A stretch of DNA of 64,000 nucleotides from a virus: positions 10,538 through 74,537 of the IMG/VR virus record IMGVR_UViG_3300025012_000956; one strand, 5' to 3'. Positions within the stretch are counted from its first letter, which is position 1. The number at the start of each line of letters is the position of its first letter. A program made the translations under genes and the position numbers. Below the pieces are notes generated by a model. That model saw only the letters and a program-made list of their open reading frames with translations, was not told the origin of the DNA and did not search any database. Positions 1 to 9,875 of this stretch are shown here, in pieces.

Positions 1-486
1 ATTACACATGTTAAAAAATATAAATCCATGGGGTTAAACCCTGACTTAATTGTAGTAGATTATGCTGATTTACTTAAGCCAGAAAAATTTTACAAAGACA
101 AACGATTAGAATTAGGTAACATATATGAGGAACTAAGAGGAATGGCTGGTGAACTTCAGGTACCAATTTGGACTGGAAGTCAGGCAAACCGTTGTCTATT
201 TTTAGATACAAATGTTATAACATGTGATAAGGGTACTATAAAAATAGTAAATATTACTGTAGGAGATAAAATATTAACGCATGCTGGGTTTAAAAAAGTA
301 ACATTTATATATCCTATAGAAAAACAACCCGTTTATAAAATCAAAACAAAGGGAGGAAAAGAAATTTTGGTTTCTGCTAAGCATTTATTTCCAGTTCAAT
401 ACAATAAGTTCAAATCAATTGATAGTGGTCTAGTTCCAGGTGATAAATTATTTATTAAAAAGCAAAAATTGACACCTAGTTCATAA
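1..486 (+). CDS. T4 gp41/DnaB-like replicative helicase, N-terminal fragment (5' truncated by the window) fused to split-intein N-half (193-486)
   Basis: Frame is open from position 1. Helicase motifs LIVVDYADLL and VPIWTGSQANR are followed by CLFLDTNV...GKEILVSAKHLFP (intein blocks A/B, resembling the gp41-1 IntN), then a stop. Confidence 0.92.
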   Translation: MTHVKKYKSMGLNPDLIVVDYADLLKPEKFYKDKRLELGNIYEELRGMAGELQVPIWTGSQANRCLFLDTNVITCDKGTIKIVNITVGDKILTHAGFKKVTFIYPIEKQPVYKIKTKGGKEILVSAKHLFPVQYNKFKSIDSGLVPGDKLFIKKQKLTPSS

Positions 487-494
487 GAATTTTT

Positions 495-532
495 TATTTT
501 TCTATATATTATTATAATAAAATAGGAAAATA
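495..532 (+). promoter_or_regulatory. Phage promoter-like motif (CTATATATTATTATA) inside an RBS-occluding hairpin
   Basis: TATTTTTCTAT (495-505) pairs with ATAGGAAAATA (522-532), which contains the AGGA RBS of the ATG at 534. Confidence 0.6.
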
Positions 533-533
533 C

Positions 534-1663
534 ATGGAAACAATATCATTCGATGATTTTACAAAATTCAAAAACATTAAAACATATAGATTAACTAACA
601 AACAAAAACAGCAACTGGTAGACATATTAAATTCATTTGATAAAAATATATATCATCAAATAGATATATAATAGAAAACTTTATAAAGTATGATGTAGAA
701 TTTGATCCTACTTGGAAAAACAGGTTTATTAAAATTAAAAATATTTTAAAGCATGATTCTTGTTCACTAGATTCTTTCGTAACCAGATATGGAAAAAGCA
801 ATGGACATACATTGTGGTTAGAAAGAAGAAAAGGTATTAGTGTAACTAAAGAAAAATATGCAAAAAAGCACGGAATAGATAAAGCTAATGAATTATCACG
901 TAAGAAGGCATGTATTGGTAAACATATAATGATAAATAAATATGGAATTGAAGAAGGAACAGATAAATGGAATTCATATTTAAAAAAATGGAAACATAGT
1001 TATAAAGAAAATAAACAATATCATAAACCATCAAATACCAAATCTCTGAATTTTTGGGTAAATAGATTAGGAAAAGAGGAAGGAACTAAAAAATACAATT
1101 TTATTATAGGAAAACAGAAGTATAGATTCTCTAAGCAATATTATATTGATACATACGGGAAAGAACAAGGAGAAATAGAGTGGCAAAATTATATAGCTTC
1201 AATGAATAAAACATCATTAACTTCTTTTATAAGTAGATATGGAGATAAAAAAGGAAACAAAAAATTTAAAAAATACTTAGAAAAATTAAAAAGAAGCCAT
1301 CGATCGACATATTATAGTAAAGTTTCTCAGGAACTATTTTGGTCAATTTATAATTTACTACCTCAAATCACCCAGCAATATTGTAGATTTGCTGAATTTG
1401 GTGGAGAAGAAAAAATATACTACATAAATGATTATGATATCTTTTATCCAGATTTTAAGTTGTGCAATGTTGTAATAGAATTTGATGGTGATTATTGGCA
1501 CAGCAGAGAAACTACAATTATAGCAGATAAACTCAGAGAAGAAAAATTGATTAGCAAAGGATATGAAGTATTGAGAATTAAAGAAAAAGATTATAGTTTA
1601 AACGAAGAATTAATACTTGATAATTGTATTGAATTTATAAAGGAAAATATAAATGAAACATAG
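534..1663 (+). pseudogene. Vsr/DUF559-like free-standing homing endonuclease between the helicase halves; apparent frameshift near 641-645
   Basis: C-terminal FYPDFKL..VVIEFDGDYWH..GYEVLRIKE domain with N-terminal YG..EG repeats. The ATG at 534 has an RBS, and adding one A at the A5 run joins it to the 812-1663 frame. Confidence 0.75.
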
Positions 1664-2114
1664 GTTAAAGAAGGGGGACTTTATAATAGATGAAATAGAG
1701 TCTATAGAATTAGTAGGAGATTTGCCAACAATAGATATTGAAGTAGAAAAAACGCATATGTTTTTTGCAAATGATATATATGTGCATAATTCTGGTTCCT
1801 CAACAGAGTTTATTTCAGGAGAACAAATTGCAGAAGATTACAGTAAAATAATGACAGGAGATTTTATATTTTCTATTTCACGTAAAATAGAGGATGCAAT
1901 GCATAAAACTGCTAGAATTTTTATAATAAAAAACAGATTTGGAGTTGATAAAATAATATGTCCTGCAAAATTTGATGTTTCAAATGGAAATTCTGTAATT
2001 CATGATCCATCATCTTTACTAGGCAAAGAAACTAAAGGTCAGATGAATAAAGATGATAATATAAAGAGTTTAATAAGAGAAAGATTGTTTTCTGACAAAA
2101 AAAGAAAAAAATAA
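1653..2114 (+). CDS. Split-intein C-half (1653-1790) fused to helicase C-terminal fragment
   Basis: TIDIEVEKTHMFFANDIYVHN|S (blocks F/G, His-Asn|Ser), then helicase motifs IAEDYSKIMTGDFIFSISR and IIKNRFG. Confidence 0.92.
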   Translation: MKHRLKKGDFIIDEIESIELVGDLPTIDIEVEKTHMFFANDIYVHNSGSSTEFISGEQIAEDYSKIMTGDFIFSISRKIEDAMHKTARIFIIKNRFGVDKIICPAKFDVSNGNSVIHDPSSLLGKETKGQMNKDDNIKSLIRERLFSDKKRKK

Positions 2115-2263
2115 AAAATATTTTAAAATTTTTTAGTAAAAAAGAAATTCGACTACTAATTATTATATGTGCACATAACGCGTTATTGAATCTAAAAATA
2201 TATTAGATATCCTTATTAAAGGTACCCTTTAATAGCTAGCCATATTATAAATACTGTATTTAT

Positions 2264-2319
2264 ACTTTAAAACTTTAAAACTTTAAAACTTTAAAACTTT
2301 AAAACTTTAAAACTTTAAA
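2264..2319. repeat. Perfect tandem repeat (ACTTTAAA)x7 in the helicase-nrdJ intergenic region
   Basis: Seven exact 8-bp units read directly, preceded by several short palindromes. Confidence 0.95.
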
Positions 2320-2380
2320 TCTATTTTAAATTAATTAATAACTTTTAAATTATAAATACCACCTAACTGGAGAAGTTTTA

Positions 2381-3697
2381 ATGATAAAGTTTGAAGATGT
2401 AAAAAATATTACCAATGAAGAATATTTCAATGGAAATCAATTTTCTATTGATGCTTATAATAAAAAATATGCAGCCTATCCAGAAGAAACTTACGTAAAA
2501 GCCCTCAAACGAGTATGTGATTTTGTAGCATCTGTTGAGGCTACAGAAGAACTTAAAAAATATTGGAGTGAAAAATGGTTCGATGAAATTTATAATGATT
2601 GGTGGCATCCTGCTGGGAGTATAATGCAAGGAGCAGGTTCTGGTAGAAAAATTTCATTATCTAATTGTACTACAATTTCAATGGGTGTCCTAGATGATAA
2701 TAAGGAATGGGATAATTTAGAATCTATAATAAAAAATACAGGTTATACATTAGCAAAAGCTGCTGCATATCGTCAAGGATCAGGAATCGATGGTTCACGA
2801 CTTCGTCCAGAAGGATCCTCAGTTTTAAATTCTGCTAATACTAGTACTGGAGTATTACACTGGCTACAGTGGTTAGATAGTATGGCATATTGTGTAGGGC
2901 AAAACGGACGCAGGCCGGCAATGCTTTTCTCATTATCTTGTTCCCACCCAGATATAGAAAAATTTATAACTGTTAAATCTGATTACACTACAATTCAAAA
3001 TGCTAACATTAGCGTTCAAATTACAAATAAATTTTACGAAGCAGCAGAAAAGAATGAAGATTGGGAATTATATTTTAAGGTATCTAAAACTAAAAAAGGT
3101 GACAAAATATATTTGGATATACATTCTATAGACATAGATTGTTTATGGGATAAAGAAGTTAAGTCTTGGTATAGAATTGCCACGCACGATAAAAAAGAAC
3201 AGGTTATAAGAAAAACGGTTAATGCTAGAAAGCTTTTAGAATTGATTGCCGAAAATATGAGTAACAATGCAGAACCAGGAATTCAAAATATTGACATAGC
3301 CAGAGAGTACTCAAACTCAGACGTTTTTTATGATCCAGAAAATAAAGAATTCGATCCTAGAATTATTTCTACAAATGCCTGTTGTGTAGTAGAAGAAACG
3401 AAGGTGATGACTGACAAGGGATGGTTAACGATGGAACAGATTTATGATACAATGATTAATAAAAAAGAAACATTATTAGGAATGAGCTATAATATTAAAG
3501 AAAAATTATATGAGTTTAAACCTATATCAAATGTATATCAACATAGAAATGATGTTACTGTTAATTTAGAAATAGAAGAAGAAGGAAAAATTTATAGAAT
3601 AGAGTGCTCATCTGATCATCCTATATTAACAGAGAATAGAGGATTTGTAAAAGCTATTAGTTTGTCTAAAGATGATAACATAGTAATTTATAAATAA
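2381..3697 (+). CDS. nrdJ: Class II (B12-dependent) ribonucleotide reductase, N-terminal fragment plus split-intein N-half (3383-3697)
   Basis: PAGSIMQGAG..SLSNC, GSGIDGSRLRPEG, GQNGRRPA, NANISV, AEPG and STNAC, then CVVEETKV...CSSDHPILTENRG (resembles the NrdJ-1 IntN). Confidence 0.9.
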   Translation: MIKFEDVKNITNEEYFNGNQFSIDAYNKKYAAYPEETYVKALKRVCDFVASVEATEELKKYWSEKWFDEIYNDWWHPAGSIMQGAGSGRKISLSNCTTISMGVLDDNKEWDNLESIIKNTGYTLAKAAAYRQGSGIDGSRLRPEGSSVLNSANTSTGVLHWLQWLDSMAYCVGQNGRRPAMLFSLSCSHPDIEKFITVKSDYTTIQNANISVQITNKFYEAAEKNEDWELYFKVSKTKKGDKIYLDIHSIDIDCLWDKEVKSWYRIATHDKKEQVIRKTVNARKLLELIAENMSNNAEPGIQNIDIAREYSNSDVFYDPENKEFDPRIISTNACCVVEETKVMTDKGWLTMEQIYDTMINKKETLLGMSYNIKEKLYEFKPISNVYQHRNDVTVNLEIEEEGKIYRIECSSDHPILTENRGFVKAISLSKDDNIVIYK

Positions 3698-3761
3698 AAT
3701 ACTGTTCATTTATTATAGACTTCTATATTTATAATAAACAATACTTAATAGGAGATTTATT

Positions 3762-4778
3762 ATGAATAATTGTATAAGGATGAAAGGTAGAATAAAAAGA
3801 GGAAACTATAGTTTAGGAAGAGGATATAGTGGTTGGTATACCACTAAATATAATAAAAATGTGTTCTTACGATCTTTACAAGAATTTGTTTTCGCTAAAG
3901 AATTAGATTTTAATAAAATTCCTTTCTTAACAGAACAAACAATATTTAGGATTAACAAAGAAAATTATAAACCAGATTTTTTTATATATTCAGATAATAT
4001 ATTTAAAAACTTGATAAAAATAATAGAGTTAAAAAACTCTGAAGATGATTTTAAAAGATATTTAGATTATATTCCGTATTTTAAGAATATAAACGTAGAG
4101 TATGAATTAATAACAGGAAAGGATTTAAGAAAAAATTATATATTCTGTTCAGTTGATGATATGAATGTGTGGAGGCAGAGTAGTATAAATTCAAGTATCA
4201 TACTTTCTGGTATACATAATCCAATGTATGGAATGCACCATACAGAAGAAACAAAGAACAAAATAGGAAATAAAACTAGAGAATATATGAAGGACCCCAC
4301 CACAAAAAGAAAACATTCAGAAAATATAAAGGCATTTTGGAATAGTAGTAAATCAGATCATGTAAAGAAAAAATATAGAAAATTAAGAAAGATAGAAAAA
4401 ATAAAAAGATTAGAATTAAAAAACATATTAGATCCTATTATAAATTGTAATTGTATTATATGTGAATCAAAGTTTAAAAAAAGAAAATCATCTAAGAGAT
4501 TAACATGTTCTGGAAGTTGTGAACAAAAATATACATGGAGAATAGGTAAAAGAAAGTATGTCGATTATGCGGATATTGCAAAAAAAACATATAGAAAACG
4601 AATACTGGGTTATATGAAAATAATGAATGAAGATATAAATTTGAATAGTATGAGTACGTTGATAGATAAGTATAAAAATAATAAATTAATTCCAAATACC
4701 TTTGGGTTGAATATTAATATTATTAATAAATATTTTGGAAACTTGGACAATCTGAAACTGGAGATAAATAATGGGTAA
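3762..4778 (+). CDS. Free-standing endonuclease (TnsA_N-like PD-(D/E)XK + NUMOD3-like + CxxC) between the nrdJ halves
   Basis: LRSLQE..YKPDFF..IIELK nuclease motif, NPMYGMHHTEETKNKI repeat and C-terminal Cys motifs. Confidence 0.75.
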   Translation: MNNCIRMKGRIKRGNYSLGRGYSGWYTTKYNKNVFLRSLQEFVFAKELDFNKIPFLTEQTIFRINKENYKPDFFIYSDNIFKNLIKIIELKNSEDDFKRYLDYIPYFKNINVEYELITGKDLRKNYIFCSVDDMNVWRQSSINSSIILSGIHNPMYGMHHTEETKNKIGNKTREYMKDPTTKRKHSENIKAFWNSSKSDHVKKKYRKLRKIEKIKRLELKNILDPIINCNCIICESKFKKRKSSKRLTCSGSCEQKYTWRIGKRKYVDYADIAKKTYRKRILGYMKIMNEDINLNSMSTLIDKYKNNKLIPNTFGLNINIINKYFGNLDNLKLEINNG

Positions 4779-6477
4779 ACTATTATCTATAGAAATATGT
4801 GATAAAATAAAAAGGTTATATGATATAGAGATCAAAGACAATAATAATTTTATTGTTAATGATGGAATAGTCATACACAATTCTGAACAATACCTAAACC
4901 GAGACGGAGGATGTTTCTTAGCGTCAATAAATATGGAGAAATTCGAAACAAATTCATCAACATATAGACCTCAGTTAATTTTAATAGGAGAATCTATAAA
5001 TAGATTTTTAGATAATGTTGTTTCATGTGAATTGGTTTATCATACTTATGCAACTCCTCATCAAAGACTTTCAAATGAAATGCTAAGAAGAACAGGTGCA
5101 GGGGTTACAAATATCGGTGGGTGGTTATTTAAATTAAATTTGGAATACGGAAGTAAGATAGCAAATGAAAAAGTAGAGGAATTTTTAGATGTTTATAATT
5201 TTAGCTTATACTTATCTACTGTTAATTTAGGTAAGGAAAAAGGAAATTTTAAATTATTTGATAAAGAAAAAATACTTAAATCTAAATTTATAAAACAACT
5301 TATTAAGAGATGGCCAGAATTAACATTTAATACTATGAGAAATGTTACTGTTTCCACCATAGCTCCATGTGGCACTCTAAGTCTTATGTTCAGACATATG
5401 GGTATGGGTTATGGAGTCGAGCCATCATTTGGAATATATTATTGGAAGAGAACAAGAATAAGTGGTAAATATGAATATTATTTCATAGTTCCTTATATTG
5501 TGAGAGAAGCATTTGACACAGCAGGAATTCCTATTCCAATGAAATCAGACACTATTAAAGATACGTGGGATGGAAAATATGGTATACCAATAGCACAATT
5601 CATAGATGAAAATAAATCTAAATTAGACATACATTTTAAATCTGCAACTGAAATAAATCCATTAAATAAATTAGATTTAATGATTAGAGCAATGAAGTCA
5701 GTTGATTCTTCTATCTCAGTAACATACATGTTACCGGAGAGTAGCAACCCTAAAGATGTATATGAGTTTATATTAAAAGCACATGAAGGTGGAGTAAAAT
5801 CTATTGCTGCATTTCCTGATAGAAAAATGTATGGGATTATTTCTTATGTTCCATTTAAAGAATTAGCGAATAAATTATTATCAGAAAATACCATTATAAC
5901 ACCACAGAACTTTACTGAAGGGGAATTGCAAGAATTGAACATGTCATTAGATTTTATTAAAGCTAGTTCAGCTCCGAAGAGGCTTAAAAAATTACCAGCA
6001 GATATTTATAATATTACAGTTAAAACTGAAAAATTTATTGTTGCTATTGGTTTATTAAATGGAGCCCCATATGAAATTTTTTGCGGTAAAATGAATGGAT
6101 TAAATTTTAAATTTGTTCATAAGAAAGGTATAATTGAAAAGGTTAAACGCGGTCAATATAAATTAGATATAGGTGAAGATATTTCAGTAGAAGATTTCTC
6201 CGGATATTTTAAACCTGTAGAAGCAGAATTGTTTAGGATGGTTTCTACTGCGCTTAGACACGGCGTACCCATTAGATTTTTGGTAGAACAATTAAGTAAA
6301 TCTGCAGAAGATTTACAATCATTAACAATTGCAGCTGCTCGCGTATTGAAGAAATATATAAAGGCAGGAGAAGTAACTGGAATTCAATGTCCTCAGTGTT
6401 GTTCTTCTGTTATATATGACGAAACAGGGTGTACTACATGTACAAACTTACAATGTGGATGGGCTAAATGTTTTTAA
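4771..6477 (+). CDS. nrdJ: Split-intein C-half (4771-4881) fused to NrdJ C-terminal fragment
   Basis: YDIEIKDNNNFIVNDGIVIHN|SEQYL restores NAC-SE. Also RRTGAG, TIAPCGTLS, GVEP, SSISVT, a TSCPD-like domain and a terminal CPQC..C..CGWAKC. Confidence 0.9.
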   Translation: MGKLLSIEICDKIKRLYDIEIKDNNNFIVNDGIVIHNSEQYLNRDGGCFLASINMEKFETNSSTYRPQLILIGESINRFLDNVVSCELVYHTYATPHQRLSNEMLRRTGAGVTNIGGWLFKLNLEYGSKIANEKVEEFLDVYNFSLYLSTVNLGKEKGNFKLFDKEKILKSKFIKQLIKRWPELTFNTMRNVTVSTIAPCGTLSLMFRHMGMGYGVEPSFGIYYWKRTRISGKYEYYFIVPYIVREAFDTAGIPIPMKSDTIKDTWDGKYGIPIAQFIDENKSKLDIHFKSATEINPLNKLDLMIRAMKSVDSSISVTYMLPESSNPKDVYEFILKAHEGGVKSIAAFPDRKMYGIISYVPFKELANKLLSENTIITPQNFTEGELQELNMSLDFIKASSAPKRLKKLPADIYNITVKTEKFIVAIGLLNGAPYEIFCGKMNGLNFKFVHKKGIIEKVKRGQYKLDIGEDISVEDFSGYFKPVEAELFRMVSTALRHGVPIRFLVEQLSKSAEDLQSLTIAAARVLKKYIKAGEVTGIQCPQCCSSVIYDETGCTTCTNLQCGWAKCF

Positions 6478-6510
6478 ATTTTAGAATTTCTATATTTATA
6501 ATAAAAACTG

Positions 6511-6539
6511 TTAACTTTAAATTGAAAAAAGGATATATT
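6511..6539 (+). promoter_or_regulatory. Sigma70-type early promoter TTAACT-17-TATATT
   Basis: Exact 17-nt spacer and the same ACTG upstream context as the copies at 59242, 60779 and 61136. Confidence 0.55.
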
Positions 6540-6544
6540 ATAAT

Positions 6545-7132
6545 ATGAAAAATAAGAAGATATTAGACTCAGGTTTTTCTGTTTATTTTAAAACTCTTAA
6601 ACATAAAATAGAACCTAAAAAACTAATAAAATTAGTAAAATTAGATGAAGCAGAAAGTGTTTCAAAAGGTGGTCCCCTGATTTCTAAGAAAACTAGAGCA
6701 TTTTATCATTGGTCATATCAAATAAAACCTGCAATATTTGATATCGACTTTAAATATAATGTGGTCTTCGATCTAAATAAAATAAAATTAGATTATACAG
6801 ATCCTGACAATCCTAAAAAGGCAGATTTTAATTCGTTTTATACTGAACATATTCAGCCTATGTTTTCAGAAAGAGGAATTTGGATAAAAGGTAAGAGTAT
6901 AGCAGTAGATAATTTTAAAGTTGATTATATTACCTATCTTTCAGATACAACAGATAAGGCATTGAATCCAAATAGAAAAAATAAATATACGTTTTCCCAT
7001 ACATTTACAATCGAAGCATTAGATAATAAGGATTATAATAAAAAGGATATCCAAAAAATTGCTCAAGAATTTGTAAATAAAATTGAGAATCAATTGTATC
7101 AAGACACAGAGTATTATAAGATTACAAAATAA
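6545..7132 (+). CDS. Hypothetical phage protein
   Basis: 195-aa ORF with its own upstream promoter motifs; no recognised family. Confidence 0.6.
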   Translation: MKNKKILDSGFSVYFKTLKHKIEPKKLIKLVKLDEAESVSKGGPLISKKTRAFYHWSYQIKPAIFDIDFKYNVVFDLNKIKLDYTDPDNPKKADFNSFYTEHIQPMFSERGIWIKGKSIAVDNFKVDYITYLSDTTDKALNPNRKNKYTFSHTFTIEALDNKDYNKKDIQKIAQEFVNKIENQLYQDTEYYKITK

Positions 7133-7194
7133 GGAACTAAAATGGTTATATTATATCCTATTAGAAAAATAGAACTACTGAGTGAATAGAGTTT

Positions 7195-8796
7195 ATGGTT
7201 ACTACAAAAGACTGGAAACAATATTTTCCATATCCTGAGATAAGGCCAATTCAAGAAAAGTCAATTAATTTAATTTTAAATTCTTTTGTTAATTCCAACA
7301 TAAGGTACTTTCTTTTAAATGGACCTCCTGGTTCAGGAAAATCCGCGATTGCAATAACAATATCCAAATATTTTGAAAATATAGGTGTGTCTAATTCTAT
7401 TTTTAATAAAACATCTTGGATACTGACAACACAAAAAATTTTACAACAGCAGTATCAAAAAGATTTTAGTTGGTTACCAAGTGTTTGGTCTAAAAGTAAT
7501 TATGAGTGTGTTAAAAGAGTTGGAGTATCTTGTCAGTTAGGTCTTTGGATGAATTCAATATTTAAAGGTACATATTGTAATTGTGTATATCTAAAAGATA
7601 AAAAAAAATTCTTAGAAGGTAATATATCACTAACTAATATTTCATTTTTTATAAATCACGTAGAATATGGACATGGAGAAATATCACAGAGAAAATTGTT
7701 AATTGTAGATGAATGTCACGTAGTAGATGAAAGCATTACCAACTTCGTTTCAATAAAGCTTAATAAATATATAATATTAGATTATGGTATACTATGGGTC
7801 GGCACTTCTAAAAGCATTCAGGAAGTAGTATTGTGGATAAAAACAGAACTGCTACCTCCTTTAACAATTTTAAAGAATAAAATATCAAATGATATAAAAG
7901 CATCTGATAAGAATACAATCTTAGGTACTCCAGAGGGTAGAAATTTAGTTAAGAGATTTGATGATATAGATAGATATATGTGTCAACTTAATAGGTGTGT
8001 AGAAAGATTTAATAAAGATGAATGGGTAATGAGTATAAATTCTGCTTATGATGAAATATCTCTGAAGCCTATATTCTCTTCTAGATATTCTTATAATCAA
8101 TTATTTTGTATGGGTGAAAAAATACTATTAATGAGCGGAACTCTTTTAGATAAAGAAACATTCTGTAGGAATGTTGGAATTCCAGAACACAATGCAGAAT
8201 TTGTTTCACTGGAATCTCCATTTGAACTGAAAAATAGACCTATATTTTATATTAATGTAGGTTCAATGAGTTATAAAAATATAGATGAGACATTGCCAAA
8301 GATGGTAGTTGTTATAAAAGATATAATTTTTTCAGAAGATCATAAAAGAGATAAAGGAATAATTTTTTCCCATACCTATAAAAATGCAAAATATATATAT
8401 GATCACATTAAAACTAAAAGATTTCTATTACATGATTCTTCTAATAGAATGGAAGTTTATAATTTTCATTTAAATTCTAAAGAACCTACTATATTGCTTT
8501 CCCCTTCCCTGACAGAAGGAATTGATCTATTTGATAATCTATCTAGGTTTCAAATAATAGTGAAAGTACCATTTCCATATTTAGGAGATAAGTTTGTAAT
8601 AGAGAAGATGAAACGAATTAAGAATTGGTATAATTGGGAAACAATAAAAACTATAATACAGGCATCCGGACGCTCAATAAGAAATGTAGATGATTATTCC
8701 ATAACATATATCCTGGATAAAGATTTTGAATTTTTTTATAAAAATAATATTTCTATGTTTCCAGTTTGGTGGAGAAATTCTGTTCAATCTGTTTAA
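7195..8796 (+). CDS. DinG/Rad3 (XPD)-like SF2 helicase
   Basis: Q motif RPIQ, Walker A GPPGSGKS, DECH, MSGTL, TEGIDL, KVPFP and QASGRSIR. Confidence 0.85.
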   Translation: MVTTKDWKQYFPYPEIRPIQEKSINLILNSFVNSNIRYFLLNGPPGSGKSAIAITISKYFENIGVSNSIFNKTSWILTTQKILQQQYQKDFSWLPSVWSKSNYECVKRVGVSCQLGLWMNSIFKGTYCNCVYLKDKKKFLEGNISLTNISFFINHVEYGHGEISQRKLLIVDECHVVDESITNFVSIKLNKYIILDYGILWVGTSKSIQEVVLWIKTELLPPLTILKNKISNDIKASDKNTILGTPEGRNLVKRFDDIDRYMCQLNRCVERFNKDEWVMSINSAYDEISLKPIFSSRYSYNQLFCMGEKILLMSGTLLDKETFCRNVGIPEHNAEFVSLESPFELKNRPIFYINVGSMSYKNIDETLPKMVVVIKDIIFSEDHKRDKGIIFSHTYKNAKYIYDHIKTKRFLLHDSSNRMEVYNFHLNSKEPTILLSPSLTEGIDLFDNLSRFQIIVKVPFPYLGDKFVIEKMKRIKNWYNWETIKTIIQASGRSIRNVDDYSITYILDKDFEFFYKNNISMFPVWWRNSVQSV

Positions 8797-8905
8797 CTTC
8801 ATAGAAATTCATTTTATATTTATTAATAACAAACCTCACTAAAATAAAAGTTATAAATAAAGTGTATTTTTTTACACTTTTCCTATATATTATAAAGAAC
8901 ATATT

Positions 8906-9067
8906 ATGAAAACAATTAAAATTGATGATCTATCTTATGAAATACTGAAGAAATACTGTAATAAGATTGGATTAAAAATAACTAGATTTGTTTCTAATAT
9001 GATTGTGGAATATATAGAGAAAAAAGATGGAATTAAAATTAATAAGAAAATGTCCGAATCCAAATAA
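8906..9067 (+). CDS. Small ribbon-helix-helix-like protein (53 aa, not in ORF track) overlapping the nuclease gene
   Basis: MKTIKIDDLSYEILKKYCNKIGLKITRFVSNMIVEYIEK: alternating N-terminal strand, helix, GL turn, helix. Similar to the ORFs at 33274, 43028 and 54515. Confidence 0.7.
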   Translation: MKTIKIDDLSYEILKKYCNKIGLKITRFVSNMIVEYIEKKDGIKINKKMSESK

Positions 9068-9875
9068 TAATCCTAGATGTAAATGTATATTAAATTATAC
9101 AACTAAAAAGGGATATCTAGGTGCTTTACGTAGAAATACTATGTGTAAAAGTTGTTCAATGAGTAAATCTCCCAATAAATTAGTCTATGAAAGAATATGT
9201 CCTAATCCTAAAGATAATCCAGGTTGTAGAGTAAATTTAAAATATAAAAGTAAACAAAAATATTATATAGCATTAGAAAAAAATTCTACATGTCATAGTT
9301 GTTGTTCCTATAGTAATGCATATAATATCTGTAGAAAATGTTCAAATGAAACGAAGAAAAAATTATCTATTATATTTAAAGGTAGAAAATTTACTGATGA
9401 GTGGAAAAATAATATTAGAATTGCAAGATTAAAGATGATCGAGTCTGGAAAAAACTTTGGAATGTATGGAAGTAGTATGTATGATAGTTGGTTAATTAAA
9501 TATGGTAAAGAGGAAGCAGATAAAAAACAGATAGAAAAAATAAAGAAAATCAGATTAAAACTTCACACGAGATTGAAGGATAAATTTAATTGTATTAGTC
9601 CAGCATTCTTTAATCCAGAAGCATGCAAAATAATAGATGAATATGGTAAAACTAACGGCTATTCATTCCAACATGCTCTAAACGGTGGAGAATTTTATAT
9701 TAAAGAATTGGGTTATTGGGTAGATGGGTATGATAAAGATAAAAACGTTGTTATAGAAATTGATGAAAAGCATCATTTTGATAAAAATGGAAATTTAAGA
9801 GAATCTGATAGTAATAGACAGGCCGAAATAGAAAATTTACTATGTTGTAAAAAATTCATTAGAGTAAAAATTTAA
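9027..9875 (+). CDS. Zn-finger/NUMOD-type PD-(D/E)XK endonuclease (intact copy of a repeated family)
   Basis: Two RxCPNPxxNPxC repeats and C-terminal [46 protein letters not shown]. Confidence 0.75.
   Translation: MELKLIRKCPNPNNNPRCKCILNYTTKKGYLGALRRNTMCKSCSMSKSPNKLVYERICPNPKDNPGCRVNLKYKSKQKYYIALEKNSTCHSCCSYSNAYNICRKCSNETKKKLSIIFKGRKFTDEWKNNIRIARLKMIESGKNFGMYGSSMYDSWLIKYGKEEADKKQIEKIKKIRLKLHTRLKDKFNCISPAFFNPEACKIIDEYGKTNGYSFQHALNGGEFYIKELGYWVDGYDKDKNVVIEIDEKHHFDKNGNLRESDSNRQAEIENLLCCKKFIRVKI

Noticed and set aside
2264-2319. CRISPR array
   Set aside because: The 8-bp units abut with no spacers, and there are no cas genes. No repeat-spacer array was seen anywhere in the window.
8906-9875. 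IS200/605/607 TnpB element or classical toxin-antitoxin pair
   Set aside because: No RuvC, Y1 or serine transposase and no terminal hairpins or TIRs were seen. The partner is a NUMOD3/PD-(D/E)XK homing-type nuclease, not a known toxin family.
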